From IMG/VR virus record IMGVR_UViG_3300048858_000146, positions 1-48,703 of that record: a DNA stretch of 48,703 nucleotides; one strand, given 5' to 3'. The stretch is from a virus. Lineage: Duplodnaviria > Caudoviricetes. The position numbers were made by a program, and so were the translations under genes. This document shows, piece by piece, positions 1-8,113 of this stretch. The notes beneath the pieces were generated by a model, which was given only the letters and a program-made list of their open reading frames with translations, had not been told where the DNA came from and searched no databases. Positions within the stretch are counted from its first letter, which is position 1. Every line of letters begins with the position of its first letter.

Positions 1-2133
1 CAGGATCGAAGTGTGCCAGTTTGAGGAGATGTCGAAAGCGCTGACGGCGCGAACGCGGGCCAGGTAACCGCCCGCGTAAATGCCGGTCACATCGACACTG
101 GTAGAGCCGGTGCGCTGCACCTTGATCCAGTTGCCGTTGTCCTTGCGCCACTCCACGTCATAGGCGACGGCACCGCTTACGGCTGGCCAACTGATCGTCA
201 TGGTGGTGACGGCCAGGCCCTGAGCAATGGCGGTGGTCGAAGTCAGCGCTACACTGGCAGGCGCAGCAACGACCGTGATCGGAATGACACTGATCGGGCG
301 TTCTTCAAGGCGCGCGCCCGTATCGATATAGGTGAATTTGCTAGGATCGTACTGGACTGCGGATATCTCGAAAACGCCCTGCTCGGGCCGAGACACCGCC
401 GTCACTCGATACAAAGGAACGGCCAAATCGTCGGCGTCCAGTGCCCACACAAGTTGAGCCTCGGGAGGTGTGGAATATGCAGTCGTGACTCGGATCACTC
501 TGCCGGCTACAGACTGTACGGTGCGCGCCTCACATTTGCCGGACGGGAGATTGAGAATCAACCGATCTCCTGCCTTGGCTTGCGTGTCGCGGTCCAACGT
601 GATCGCCAGCCCCTGAACGGCAGTAATACGGCCGCCTATGGCCCTGCCTGCAAGCAACTCGTCAGCAACGGGAATCACGTAGCCAGGTAGTGGAATCCTC
701 CCATCTAACCCGACCCGGAAGCTAATGGCCCGATCTCTGGAGTTCGTCAGCAGCGCCCATTTACCGCGGCGCTGAGCCTCAGACTCACGCGTGCAGCCAA
801 TCGCGCTGATCTCCAGCGGATTGTCACCATAGCGGCGCTGAAGCTTGGCATCGGCTACAGCGGTAACGTCTGTGTCGTAGTTGTTGGACGGGTTGTCGTA
901 GCTGATCAGTGCACGACTGTAGCGGGTGCGCTCCGATGCGCTTGAATAGGTGAACTTGCCGTCAATGACGTTTGCCCGGGTATAGGCAAAGTCGAAGTCG
1001 GTGGCTCGGGGCATGTCCGAGAGGCTGTACACCTGACCTTGAGCCCAGTACGTCATGCCGCGATAAATAGCGGAGATGTCCCGGAGCAGCGCCCAAGCCC
1101 CCGCCTTACCCTGCAGATTCATGTTGCAGATGAAGCGTGGCTCTACCCCGCCTTTGCCATCGGCCACCATCTGGTCGCAGTATTGTGCGATCCGGTAGAG
1201 CTCCCACTTGTCGACCTGCCATGGCTTGATACGACGACCAAGGCCAAAGCGATCATTAATCGTTATGCCGTAGGTGACCCAGGCGGGGTTGTCGGTCCAC
1301 GCCTGCTTGAACGTACCGTCCCAGATGCCGGAATAAGTTCGGGTATCCGGATCGTAGTTGCTCGGCACACTCCACATCCGCGCCCTGCAATCAATTGTGA
1401 CTGCGGGGATATTTCGAAACTGCTCGGCAGAAAACTCGATGTACAACAAAGCCGTGTTTGGGTAGCGCAGCTTTGCGTCGATCACCTCAGTGAAGCCCGC
1501 GATCTGCATGGTGTCGGCAATTTTGTTGTTGTTCTGGTTCGCCGTTATTCGGGTGACGCGCATCAGCCAGCCGCTGGTTGCTGCTGGCAGATCGATACGA
1601 CGGGTGCGCTCGTAAGGACTGGTTGTCTTGCCGTCTACAGCTTCGCTCAAAACCTGCTGATAAGCGCCGCCGTCAGTTGCCAGCTCGACGCGGTACTCGA
1701 TCCGATACCCGTTGATATTGTTGTTAGAATCAACCGACTGGAGGGCCGGCCAAGCGAAACGAAGGCGGACGGCTGAGAGTTCGGTATTGCTGATAGCTCT
1801 CACCCATGGCGTGCCGCTGCGCAACTCCACGCCAAGAGTGGTTTCGTTCTCAACTGACGGGATGCCTTGGATGTAATCCTGATTCACTGACCCGTGGCGG
1901 AACTCCCACTTCACATTAGGGAAGTTCATGTTGCCTTGAGGATCTTGCAGCGGGGTGTTGTCGAGATAGATGTCCTGTGCTGTTGGAGTGCCTGCGAATT
2001 CCCCTTCACCTATCGCGATGAGAATTTTTGCCATAGCGACTGAGCGCAGACTGTCCGGGGCCTCGGTCGGTGTCTTCGGCTTATCTTCCCCGCCCTTCGC
2101 GCCCTCGATATCAAATTTAAGTGCTGCGCCCAT
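1..2133 (-). CDS. J: Tail tip/host specificity protein J (3' end beyond window start)
   Basis: Not in the ORF track because it is truncated. Read by hand from ATG at 2133: MGAALKFDIEGAKGGEDKPKTPTEAPDSLRSVAMAKILIAIGEGEF, a typical gpJ N-terminus; follows gpI. Confidence 0.92.
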   Translation of the reverse strand, partial: MGAALKFDIEGAKGGEDKPKTPTEAPDSLRSVAMAKILIAIGEGEFAGTPTAQDIYLDNTPLQDPQGNMNFPNVKWEFRHGSVNQDYIQGIPSVENETTLGVELRSGTPWVRAISNTELSAVRLRFAWPALQSVDSNNNINGYRIEYRVELATDGGAYQQVLSEAVDGKTTSPYERTRRIDLPAATSGWLMRVTRITANQNNNKIADTMQIAGFTEVIDAKLRYPNTALLYIEFSAEQFRNIPAVTIDCRARMWSVPSNYDPDTRTYSGIWDGTFKQAWTDNPAWVTYGITINDRFGLGRRIKPWQVDKWELYRIAQYCDQMVADGKGGVEPRFICNMNLQGKAGAWALLRDISAIYRGMTYWAQGQVYSLSDMPRATDFDFAYTRANVIDGKFTYSSASERTRYSRALISYDNPSNNYDTDVTAVADAKLQRRYGDNPLEISAIGCTRESEAQRRGKWALLTNSRDRAISFRVGLDGRIPLPGYVIPVADELLAGRAIGGRITAVQGLAITLDRDTQAKAGDRLILNLPSGKCEARTVQSVAGRVIRVTTAYSTPPEAQLVWALDADDLAVPLYRVTAVSRPEQGVFEISAVQYDPSKFTYIDTGARLEERPISVIPITVVAAPASVALTSTTAIAQGLAVTTMTISWPAVSGAVAYDVEWRKDNGNWIKVQRTGSTSVDVTGIYAGGYLARVRAVSAFDISSNWHTSIL

Positions 2134-2147
2134 GCTTTTCTCCAGGC

Positions 2148-2170
2148 AAAAAAAACCGCCTCGTGGGCGG
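2148..2170 (-). terminator. Intrinsic terminator-like hairpin between I and J
   Basis: CCGCC/GGCGG stem followed by a T8 run on the minus strand. Confidence 0.6.
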
Positions 2171-2190
2171 CTGGTGTTTGCGGCTGCGTG

Positions 2191-2802
2191 TTACATCTGG
2201 TCTTCGGCGTAAATGGCTGCGCTGATGATCGCGCCACCCCATCGGCGCTTGCCGACGCATAGCGGTACAGGGTTACCGGAAGCCGTCGTGTTCTTGGCTG
2301 ATCCGAACGCATAGCCGGGGGTGTTTTCAGGCGCAGCGCTTGTCTTGAGGCCTTTAGCTGCCGGGCTCAACATCTGAATAACCCCGCCTATCGCCATGGA
2401 AGCACCCATGGTTATTAGCGCGGATCCGAATGGCGCACCAGCCCCGAAGGTCCCGCCGGTGATGACCAGGCCAACAACGATCAGCACGGCGCCGATGATG
2501 GTCTGTAGCACACCAGCCTTCTTGCTGCCCACGATGACTGGCGCGATACGAATGTCGCCCTCACCCCCAAACCCTAACTCATCCTCACTGATGTTCGTCT
2601 TGCCGCGAAACACCGCAAACTCGATCCCTCTGGACTTCGCATTGGAGAGGAATTGTTCGAAGCCCGGTATTTGCACGCAGAGAGCTTTTATCGCTTCGGC
2701 CGGGGACCGCACTGACAGCCTGAACGATCGACCGAACTGGCGAAGCTGGCCGTATAGGCGAATGGTGGTCATTGGTTGGTAGGCAATCGCCAGTGCTGAC
2801 AT
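2191..2802 (-). CDS. I: Tail assembly protein I (lambda gpI-like)
   Basis: TIRLYGQLRQFGRSFRLSVRSPAEAIKAL...GNPVPLCVGKRRWGGAIISA; start may be 2772. Confidence 0.92.
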   Translation of the reverse strand: MSALAIAYQPMTTIRLYGQLRQFGRSFRLSVRSPAEAIKALCVQIPGFEQFLSNAKSRGIEFAVFRGKTNISEDELGFGGEGDIRIAPVIVGSKKAGVLQTIIGAVLIVVGLVITGGTFGAGAPFGSALITMGASMAIGGVIQMLSPAAKGLKTSAAPENTPGYAFGSAKNTTASGNPVPLCVGKRRWGGAIISAAIYAEDQM

Positions 2803-2820
2803 TCAGTTTCTCCGGGCAAG

Positions 2821-2841
2821 AAAAAACCCGCCGAAGCGGGT
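2821..2841 (-). terminator. Intrinsic terminator after lipoprotein moron
   Basis: ACCCGC-TTCG-GCGGGT then a T run on the minus strand. Confidence 0.75.
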
Positions 2842-2858
2842 CCTGATGTGATAAGGGG

Positions 2859-3209
2859 TCAAAGGCAGCTTTCGAGGGCCGCGAGTCTCTTTTTTGATAT
2901 CCAGTTGTTCAGAACAGCGTAGTACTTGGCTATGGAACCGGAAGCGCCTTGCTGGATGTCAGCAAAGTACTCGCTACCAGCGGTGAATACTGTGTAGCCG
3001 TTATCCCGGCCTGGCTGCAAGGTTGCTTCTGGCGTTACGCCAAACAGCGCCTGGTTCTGCCACTCATATTGGACGCACTGGGCGAGAGCCTTATCTGTTT
3101 TTTTCGAGTATAGGATCTTGGCTGGACCTTCCTGTCTTGCCTCCTTCATAGTCGGCGCCATGCACCCCGCCAGCAGCGCCATAGCCAAAGCACCAATCAA
3201 AATTCGCAT
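2859..3209 (-). CDS. Lipoprotein moron
   Basis: MRILIGALAMALLAGC lipobox, GGGAGG RBS, own terminator. Confidence 0.8.
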   Translation of the reverse strand: MRILIGALAMALLAGCMAPTMKEARQEGPAKILYSKKTDKALAQCVQYEWQNQALFGVTPEATLQPGRDNGYTVFTAGSEYFADIQQGASGSIAKYYAVLNNWISKKRLAALESCL

Positions 3210-3296
3210 TGCGTTCCTCCCTGTTGATGGCAGCAATCTACCATCATCCAGAGAGCGCCAAAACCCCGCAACGGCGGGGTCATAAACAAACATGTC

Positions 3297-3797
3297 TTAG
3301 GCGGCGTCCAATCCGAGCGTCAATTGCAGTTCATTTCGCCAGTAATTGACATCATGAACCAGGCCGGGCTTACGCCATCGAAAGGATGCAAGCTCCCTAC
3401 CGCTCAAGCTCGCCACCTGCTGCGCGCTCTCCAGTGTTCTGCATGCCCGCTCAAATTGCTGCTTCTCGTTCAGTTCGCCATGGAGGAGCGCATCGATGTG
3501 CAGATCGCACCAGACAGCAAACTTTACGTCTAGCCAGCGCGCAAAGGCGACAGCCAGTTTTGGGTGAAGCCAAGTGCCGCTTTGGTACCGGCCACGGCGA
3601 GATTCTAAAAGTGACTCAGGATCACAATTAAGCGCATCAGCCAGAACGGACAGGTACTGCTGCGTTTCATCTTGCTTGAGCCAGTCAACCGGGCGCTTCC
3701 CATAGCGCTTGGCGACATCTGTTGCGTTGATCCATCCATCGCTGTTGAAGCGGACGGCTTGGCCTTCGTAATTGAACGGAACAATCGCGGAATTCAT
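3297..3797 (-). CDS. KilA-N domain DNA-binding protein
   Basis: GWINATDVAKRYGKRPVDWL...GTWLHPKLAVAFARWLDVKFAVWCD, a KilA-N signature; ATGA overlap with the upstream gene. Confidence 0.9.
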   Translation of the reverse strand: MNSAIVPFNYEGQAVRFNSDGWINATDVAKRYGKRPVDWLKQDETQQYLSVLADALNCDPESLLESRRGRYQSGTWLHPKLAVAFARWLDVKFAVWCDLHIDALLHGELNEKQQFERACRTLESAQQVASLSGRELASFRWRKPGLVHDVNYWRNELQLTLGLDAA

Positions 3798-4642
3798 GCT
3801 GCCGTCCCCATTGACCTGTAGCCGCCTTCGCAACCGAAACTCCGATAGGCTTCGTAGATTTCGTCGCCGCGCTTGTCGAGCTCTGCAAATGACCCCCCGC
3901 CATGCTGGATTTGATCGAAGATTGCCATCAGGGGTTTTGAAGACAGCGCCCGGGCAGCTGCAAGCATCCCATCCCTTTTCCCGCGCATGGCTGAAAACGC
4001 CGACATCAGCACGTACAGATGGTGAGTCTCGAACCTGTTGAGGTGGATACCATCTGTACGGTTAGCCTTAATGTACTCACCTTCGAGTATCGCGTAAGCG
4101 GCTATGAAATTTCGGGCTGCGTCCAGCTGTTCCGCGGGGATATCCGCCGCCGACCGAACGCCAAACGCCGCATGAGCTTGCGACCAAATCTTCGCAGTAG
4201 CTCGTCGCTGCAAGGCAGCAGGAAGCGCTGAGACTTTGCCTTTAACTACCGCTGCCAACATGTGGAACCCGTCGGTGCCGATGGTCTGAGCCATGATGGT
4301 CATTGCATCGCTAGGGGCTACTTTGTGCAGGCGTTTCTCACATTCGATGAAATAGCGGCGAGCCTGCTTTCCCTTATCGTTGCGCTCAATCATAGATAGC
4401 TCTTTGGCCATATCCAAAGTGAGCTGATACTCCATGCTCGGGCGGCCCTTTCCTTTTTTACTCAATACTGAGTAAAAGTCCTCACCTTCGCAAAAGTCAT
4501 AGTCAGCGAGTCGACGGGCAATCCAATCATTGAATCGCGCGTCAACCTCCAGAAAGCGATGGAGCGCGCGTCCATCCACAAGCTGAGCGCCACCATTGAT
4601 ACGCTCGTCCACGATCACAGGAATCAATGCTTGTGCGCTCAT
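3794..4642 (-). CDS. AntA/AntB-family antirepressor
   Basis: VDGRALHRFLEV..RFNDWIARRL..YDF.EGEDF...EYQLTLDMAKELSMIERNDKGKQARRYFIECEK, an AntA domain. Confidence 0.88.
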   Translation of the reverse strand: MSAQALIPVIVDERINGGAQLVDGRALHRFLEVDARFNDWIARRLADYDFCEGEDFYSVLSKKGKGRPSMEYQLTLDMAKELSMIERNDKGKQARRYFIECEKRLHKVAPSDAMTIMAQTIGTDGFHMLAAVVKGKVSALPAALQRRATAKIWSQAHAAFGVRSAADIPAEQLDAARNFIAAYAILEGEYIKANRTDGIHLNRFETHHLYVLMSAFSAMRGKRDGMLAAARALSSKPLMAIFDQIQHGGGSFAELDKRGDEIYEAYRSFGCEGGYRSMGTAA

Positions 4643-5184
4643 GGCCGAACCTCCGACCCGCAAGCGCTTCCTGCAATGTATTTCCCAAGTCTCAAATCGA
4701 ATCGAATCTCGGTGAAGGTGATCCCGTCAGGCAATTCAACCAACAGTCTTTTCCCAACTGCGACGCCACGCTCCGATTTGTACTTCGACATGTATCGCTG
4801 AAGCTGTCGTAGAGCGGACGCATTGAAGTCGCCTATCTTCACCTCAACAGGAATTTTCCCGTCGATCAACAGGTCGGGCTGGGAAGGCCCTGCCAAGACA
4901 GCACCCTGAAAGTACTCCGCAACCTCCGCATATGCTGCATGCTCGGAGCGAAGCTTCTCCAGATGAAGGGAGGCGTACATCACTACGTTCATGAATAGCT
5001 GCAGTGAGGGATCACGGCCAGAACGCCAGAGTGCATTCCTTGTATCAATCACTTGCTGAACAGTTGGGGGTTCTTCTCCAAACATCAGGGCTATTAGAGG
5101 CCCGTTATCGTCATCCGCAGTGACGCTGTGCCCGCGAAAGTCGAACGGGATGACATTGGATACGGCTGTGCTATTATTCGTCAT
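4639..5184 (-). CDS. Protein with antirepressor-like N-terminal leader and PD-(D/E)XK nuclease-like C-terminus
   Basis: N-terminal NVIPFDFRGHSV (BRO-N/KilA-type start); QPDLLIDGKIPVEVK..QLQRYM nuclease motif. Confidence 0.6.
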   Translation of the reverse strand: MTNNSTAVSNVIPFDFRGHSVTADDDNGPLIALMFGEEPPTVQQVIDTRNALWRSGRDPSLQLFMNVVMYASLHLEKLRSEHAAYAEVAEYFQGAVLAGPSQPDLLIDGKIPVEVKIGDFNASALRQLQRYMSKYKSERGVAVGKRLLVELPDGITFTEIRFDLRLGKYIAGSACGSEVRP

Positions 5185-5249
5185 GACGTTTTTCCTAGTA
5201 GATTGATGTCGACCCAAACCCTGTCGCCTGGCCGCGACGGGGTTTTTTT
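5150..5249 (+). ncRNA. Putative sar-like cis-antisense RNA (promoter 5150-5177, RNA ~5184-5249)
   Basis: Extended -10 TG-C-TATTAT (5169-5177), -35-like ATGACA, terminator AAACCCTGTCGC/GCGACGGGGTTT+T run; covers the RBS of the 5184 gene. Confidence 0.55.
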
Positions 5250-5409
5250 ATGCCTGCTTTGTTTCTTCATCACGCTTCATTGCCTCCCGCAACGCCCTTC
5301 CTACCAGCCAGTTCTGGCTGCGCTCTTCCTTCCGTGCCTTTTTCTCCAGCCATTCCTTAACATCAGGCTCCGCGCGAAAAATCACCTGTGCCATATCACG
5401 TACCTTCAT
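5248..5409 (-). CDS. Arc-like ribbon-helix-helix repressor (53 aa, missed by ORF track)
   Basis: Translated by hand: MKVRDMAQVIFRAEPDVKEWLEKKARKEERSQNWLVGRALREAMKRDEETKQA; GGAGG RBS. Confidence 0.8.
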   Translation of the reverse strand: MKVRDMAQVIFRAEPDVKEWLEKKARKEERSQNWLVGRALREAMKRDEETKQA

Positions 5410-5420
5410 CTCGCCTCCCT

Positions 5421-5490
5421 ATGCATCACCGTTGTGCATATATCTAATCTATAACGGTGATGCATTGCCGTCAATACCACGGTGATGCAT
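5421..5490. promoter_or_regulatory. Three copies of 12-bp operator-like motif ACGGTGATGCAT between divergent RHH genes
   Basis: Inverted copy at 5421-5432, direct copies at 5454-5465 and 5479-5490. Confidence 0.75.
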
Positions 5491-5523
5491 TATTTTGTTC
5501 CATTAACCGGAACCGCATACCCA

Positions 5524-5955
5524 ATGAGCCGCACCGACCCGCAATTCAATCTCCGCATTCCAGAGTCTCTTCGGGATCAAGTTATGGCGGCAGCTAAAGA
5601 AAGTGGTCGGTCCGCTACAGCCGAGATACTTTCCCGGCTTGAGCTAAGCTTCCTAGGCGCAAGCCCTAGCCAAGACCTGATGCCGGCTGCAAGAGCCCGG
5701 GAAATGTCGGAAATTGCCAGGCAGAGCATCCCCTCTACGATGAGGTCCAGAATTCAGGACGCGCTCGCGCGAGCTGTATCTATGGGGCATACCAGTGCTG
5801 CCGTGTCGTTCAAAGACCTTGAGCTAGACGAACTGCCGGAGGCGGACTCTACGGCGCTTTACGACGCTTTCAGTGAGATGCTTGAAGGCGCCGGATACAT
5901 GATCGAGTGGGATGCGCCTGACTCCCTATGGATTAGCTTTTCCCCGACAGCTTAG
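5524..5955 (+). CDS. Arc/Mnt-family DNA-binding repressor with C-terminal extension
   Basis: MSRTDPQFNLRIPESLRDQVMAAAKESGRSATAEILSRLE, an Arc domain. Confidence 0.88.
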   Translation: MSRTDPQFNLRIPESLRDQVMAAAKESGRSATAEILSRLELSFLGASPSQDLMPAARAREMSEIARQSIPSTMRSRIQDALARAVSMGHTSAAVSFKDLELDELPEADSTALYDAFSEMLEGAGYMIEWDAPDSLWISFSPTA

Positions 5956-6157
5956 TCAGATTAGCCCCGTCATTACCCCTTTTAAGACACCTGCAAGCCT
6001 GCTAAGGGCGTCAGCCTCAGTCCTTCTCCGCTTCCGCCGGACATAGCGCATTAAGGGCGAAAACAACTTCATCTACATGCCGTCTCGGCAATGGCGAAGG
6101 GGTGGGAGTCCAGCCAGCTTGGACTTTTTGAGAACAGATCAAACGCAAGGAGCATTG

Positions 6158-6883
6158 ATGATCGTCTACAAATACATGACCCTGCCCGGATTGGAAGCAT
6201 GTCTGAGCAAGCGGACAATCAGGTTCACTAAGCCGGTCAATTTCAATGATCCTTTCGATTGCGCCGCATCGACGGAATCGACAAGTGAAGGGTTAAACGT
6301 CAGAGCAGTTGGGTCCACAAACGCCGATACGCTTTTCGCGATCAGAAATGCTATCGGCATTTTGTCTTTGACTCGCAATCCGCTAAACCCGCTGATGTGG
6401 GCCCATTATGGGCAGAACCATACTGGCGGCGTGATCGCAATTGACAGCGAGGCGGCAGGCCTGGAGTGTCCGACCACCAATATCATCACTGCCAGTTCGG
6501 GCAACGCCATCTACACGACTGTCCGCCCAAGCCTAGACAGCGACCTTCTCCCTTATCACGACGAAATATCCTCTCAGCATGACAGGCTCATGCTCGAGCG
6601 CCTTTTCCTCTACAAGTCACTTCACTGGTCGTATGAGGAAGAGATCCGGGTAGCTCGCCGGATTGATTACACGCCTCAAGTAAAATTCCAAGATTTCGTG
6701 ATACCGGCAGAGGCCATCACTGGTGTGTATCTAGGTGCCAGGTATTTTGCAGCACTCATCGATGATTTCGACGGAAGCCTTCCTAAGGTACATCTCCACC
6801 ACCCGGATTTTGAGTTTCACCTCTGCTATCAGGATCAGCGAACTTGGGGTTTGCATTCCGAATCCTATCAGCCGAACCTTTAG
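6158..6883 (+). CDS. DUF2971-domain protein (moron)
   Basis: YKY...FNDPFD...ILSLTRNPLNPLMWAHYG.NH.G...K..HW.YEEEIR motifs; AGGAG RBS. Confidence 0.8.
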   Translation: MIVYKYMTLPGLEACLSKRTIRFTKPVNFNDPFDCAASTESTSEGLNVRAVGSTNADTLFAIRNAIGILSLTRNPLNPLMWAHYGQNHTGGVIAIDSEAAGLECPTTNIITASSGNAIYTTVRPSLDSDLLPYHDEISSQHDRLMLERLFLYKSLHWSYEEEIRVARRIDYTPQVKFQDFVIPAEAITGVYLGARYFAALIDDFDGSLPKVHLHHPDFEFHLCYQDQRTWGLHSESYQPNL

Positions 6884-6900
6884 CGGCTGTCAGACATAGA

Positions 6901-6938
6901 AAGCCCAGCGCTGGGCTGGGCTGGGCTGGGCTGGGCTG
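6901..6938. repeat. Hairpin AGCCCAGC/GCTGGGCT with (CTGGG)x5 tandem expansion
   Basis: Seen directly between the convergent DUF2971 and NYN genes. Confidence 0.85.
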
Positions 6939-6952
6939 CAGCTTCGAGGCTA

Positions 6953-7804
6953 TTACCTGCTTTTTATCAACTCGATGAACTTTTTCCTAGCAAACTTCTT
7001 CTCCGGCTGATCCAAGTCGCGTTTTATAGCGTCGCGACTCGTGCCAAGCAGCTTCCCATCAAACTCTCGCGGAAGCGACGAGCTGCTCTTCAAGTGTTCT
7101 TTCAAAGCGAGCAGGTCGCTTGGAACCAATGCGCTCACCAGAGTCTCGATCAGGGCCTCCAGAATCTGTATAGCCTCATCTTCGCTTGCGACAGTCTCAT
7201 TGACCGCAGGTTTCGCCTCGTGGTCAACGACTGGAGTAACGCGAGGCCGAACAGGGAGTTGACGTACGCTCAAGAACGAATTGATGATTTCTGGCGTCCA
7301 TTCAGTATGAGTATCTGCTTCTTGGATAAGACTCAGCGACTGATGATTCTTGTCGTGCTCGTTTGCGATGCCTATCAAATGGACCCGTACGCCGTAATTC
7401 TGGGCGAACTGCACCCCGACACGGACATCCTCATCACCGGATATTAATACCGCATCGGCAATAGCGTGATTTCTGGCGAGCTCGATCATATCGATAACGA
7501 TCATGGAGTCCACGCCCTTCTGCTGGCCGCTACCGTTAAGCGTGCCCATGCGAACCTTCACATTATTGCTGCTAGCAAGGCGCTTTTGCTCAAGCGTGGG
7601 GCCGCTGGACCCGATGGCGTCATACCAGTAGATACGCAGAAGAGGCGTGCCGCCGGAGAGCTGCTCTGAAGTGCCAATAAGCTGGGTAATGACTGACTGC
7701 TCATTCAGCGAGAGTTGTTGCCGCTTCACCACGTCGCCGGTTATTGCCTGAGAGCCTTGCGCAAACAGATATCCAGCATCGACAAAAATACCTAGCCGGT
7801 TCAT
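6953..7804 (-). CDS. NYN/LabA-DUF88 (PIN-fold) ribonuclease (moron)
   Basis: IFVDAGY, RIYWYD, QQKGVDSMIVIDM, LISGDED acidic PIN/NYN motifs. Confidence 0.88.
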   Translation of the reverse strand: MNRLGIFVDAGYLFAQGSQAITGDVVKRQQLSLNEQSVITQLIGTSEQLSGGTPLLRIYWYDAIGSSGPTLEQKRLASSNNVKVRMGTLNGSGQQKGVDSMIVIDMIELARNHAIADAVLISGDEDVRVGVQFAQNYGVRVHLIGIANEHDKNHQSLSLIQEADTHTEWTPEIINSFLSVRQLPVRPRVTPVVDHEAKPAVNETVASEDEAIQILEALIETLVSALVPSDLLALKEHLKSSSSLPREFDGKLLGTSRDAIKRDLDQPEKKFARKKFIELIKSR

Positions 7805-7902
7805 TTTCCATCCCTAGAAAGTATTAAGGGCCCCCTCAGGGACCCTTTGTATGTCTCGCAGCAGACCGTATATGGGTAGTGGCTGCTGCTTTGACAGAGC
7901 GG

Positions 7903-7944
7903 ATGTTATGCGTGACCGTCACGCCAGTCAACAAATTGTTGACT
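7903..7944 (-). promoter_or_regulatory. sigma70 promoter of NYN gene with palindromic operators
   Basis: TTGACT-17-TAACAT; palindrome GCGTGAC-N-GTCACGC at 7910-7924 in the spacer; 9-bp inverted repeat at 7926-7944. Confidence 0.65.
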
Positions 7945-8113
7945 GTGACACACCTTAGAGAACCAAGCTCGGCCCTACCGAGTCACCTAGTCAGGTGGCC
8001 AGGCAGCTGCGTACATTGCCTGTCCACCCATCCAGCGTGGCTGAATACCCAGTAGCCAGTGATGCGTCGACCGTAGTAGCGTTATGCCTCTCACAAAGGA
8101 AGTGGTGGATATA

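Noticed and set aside
454-1776. Plus-strand ORFs at 454-690 and 1039-1776
   Set aside because: Shadows of the truncated J gene on the minus strand
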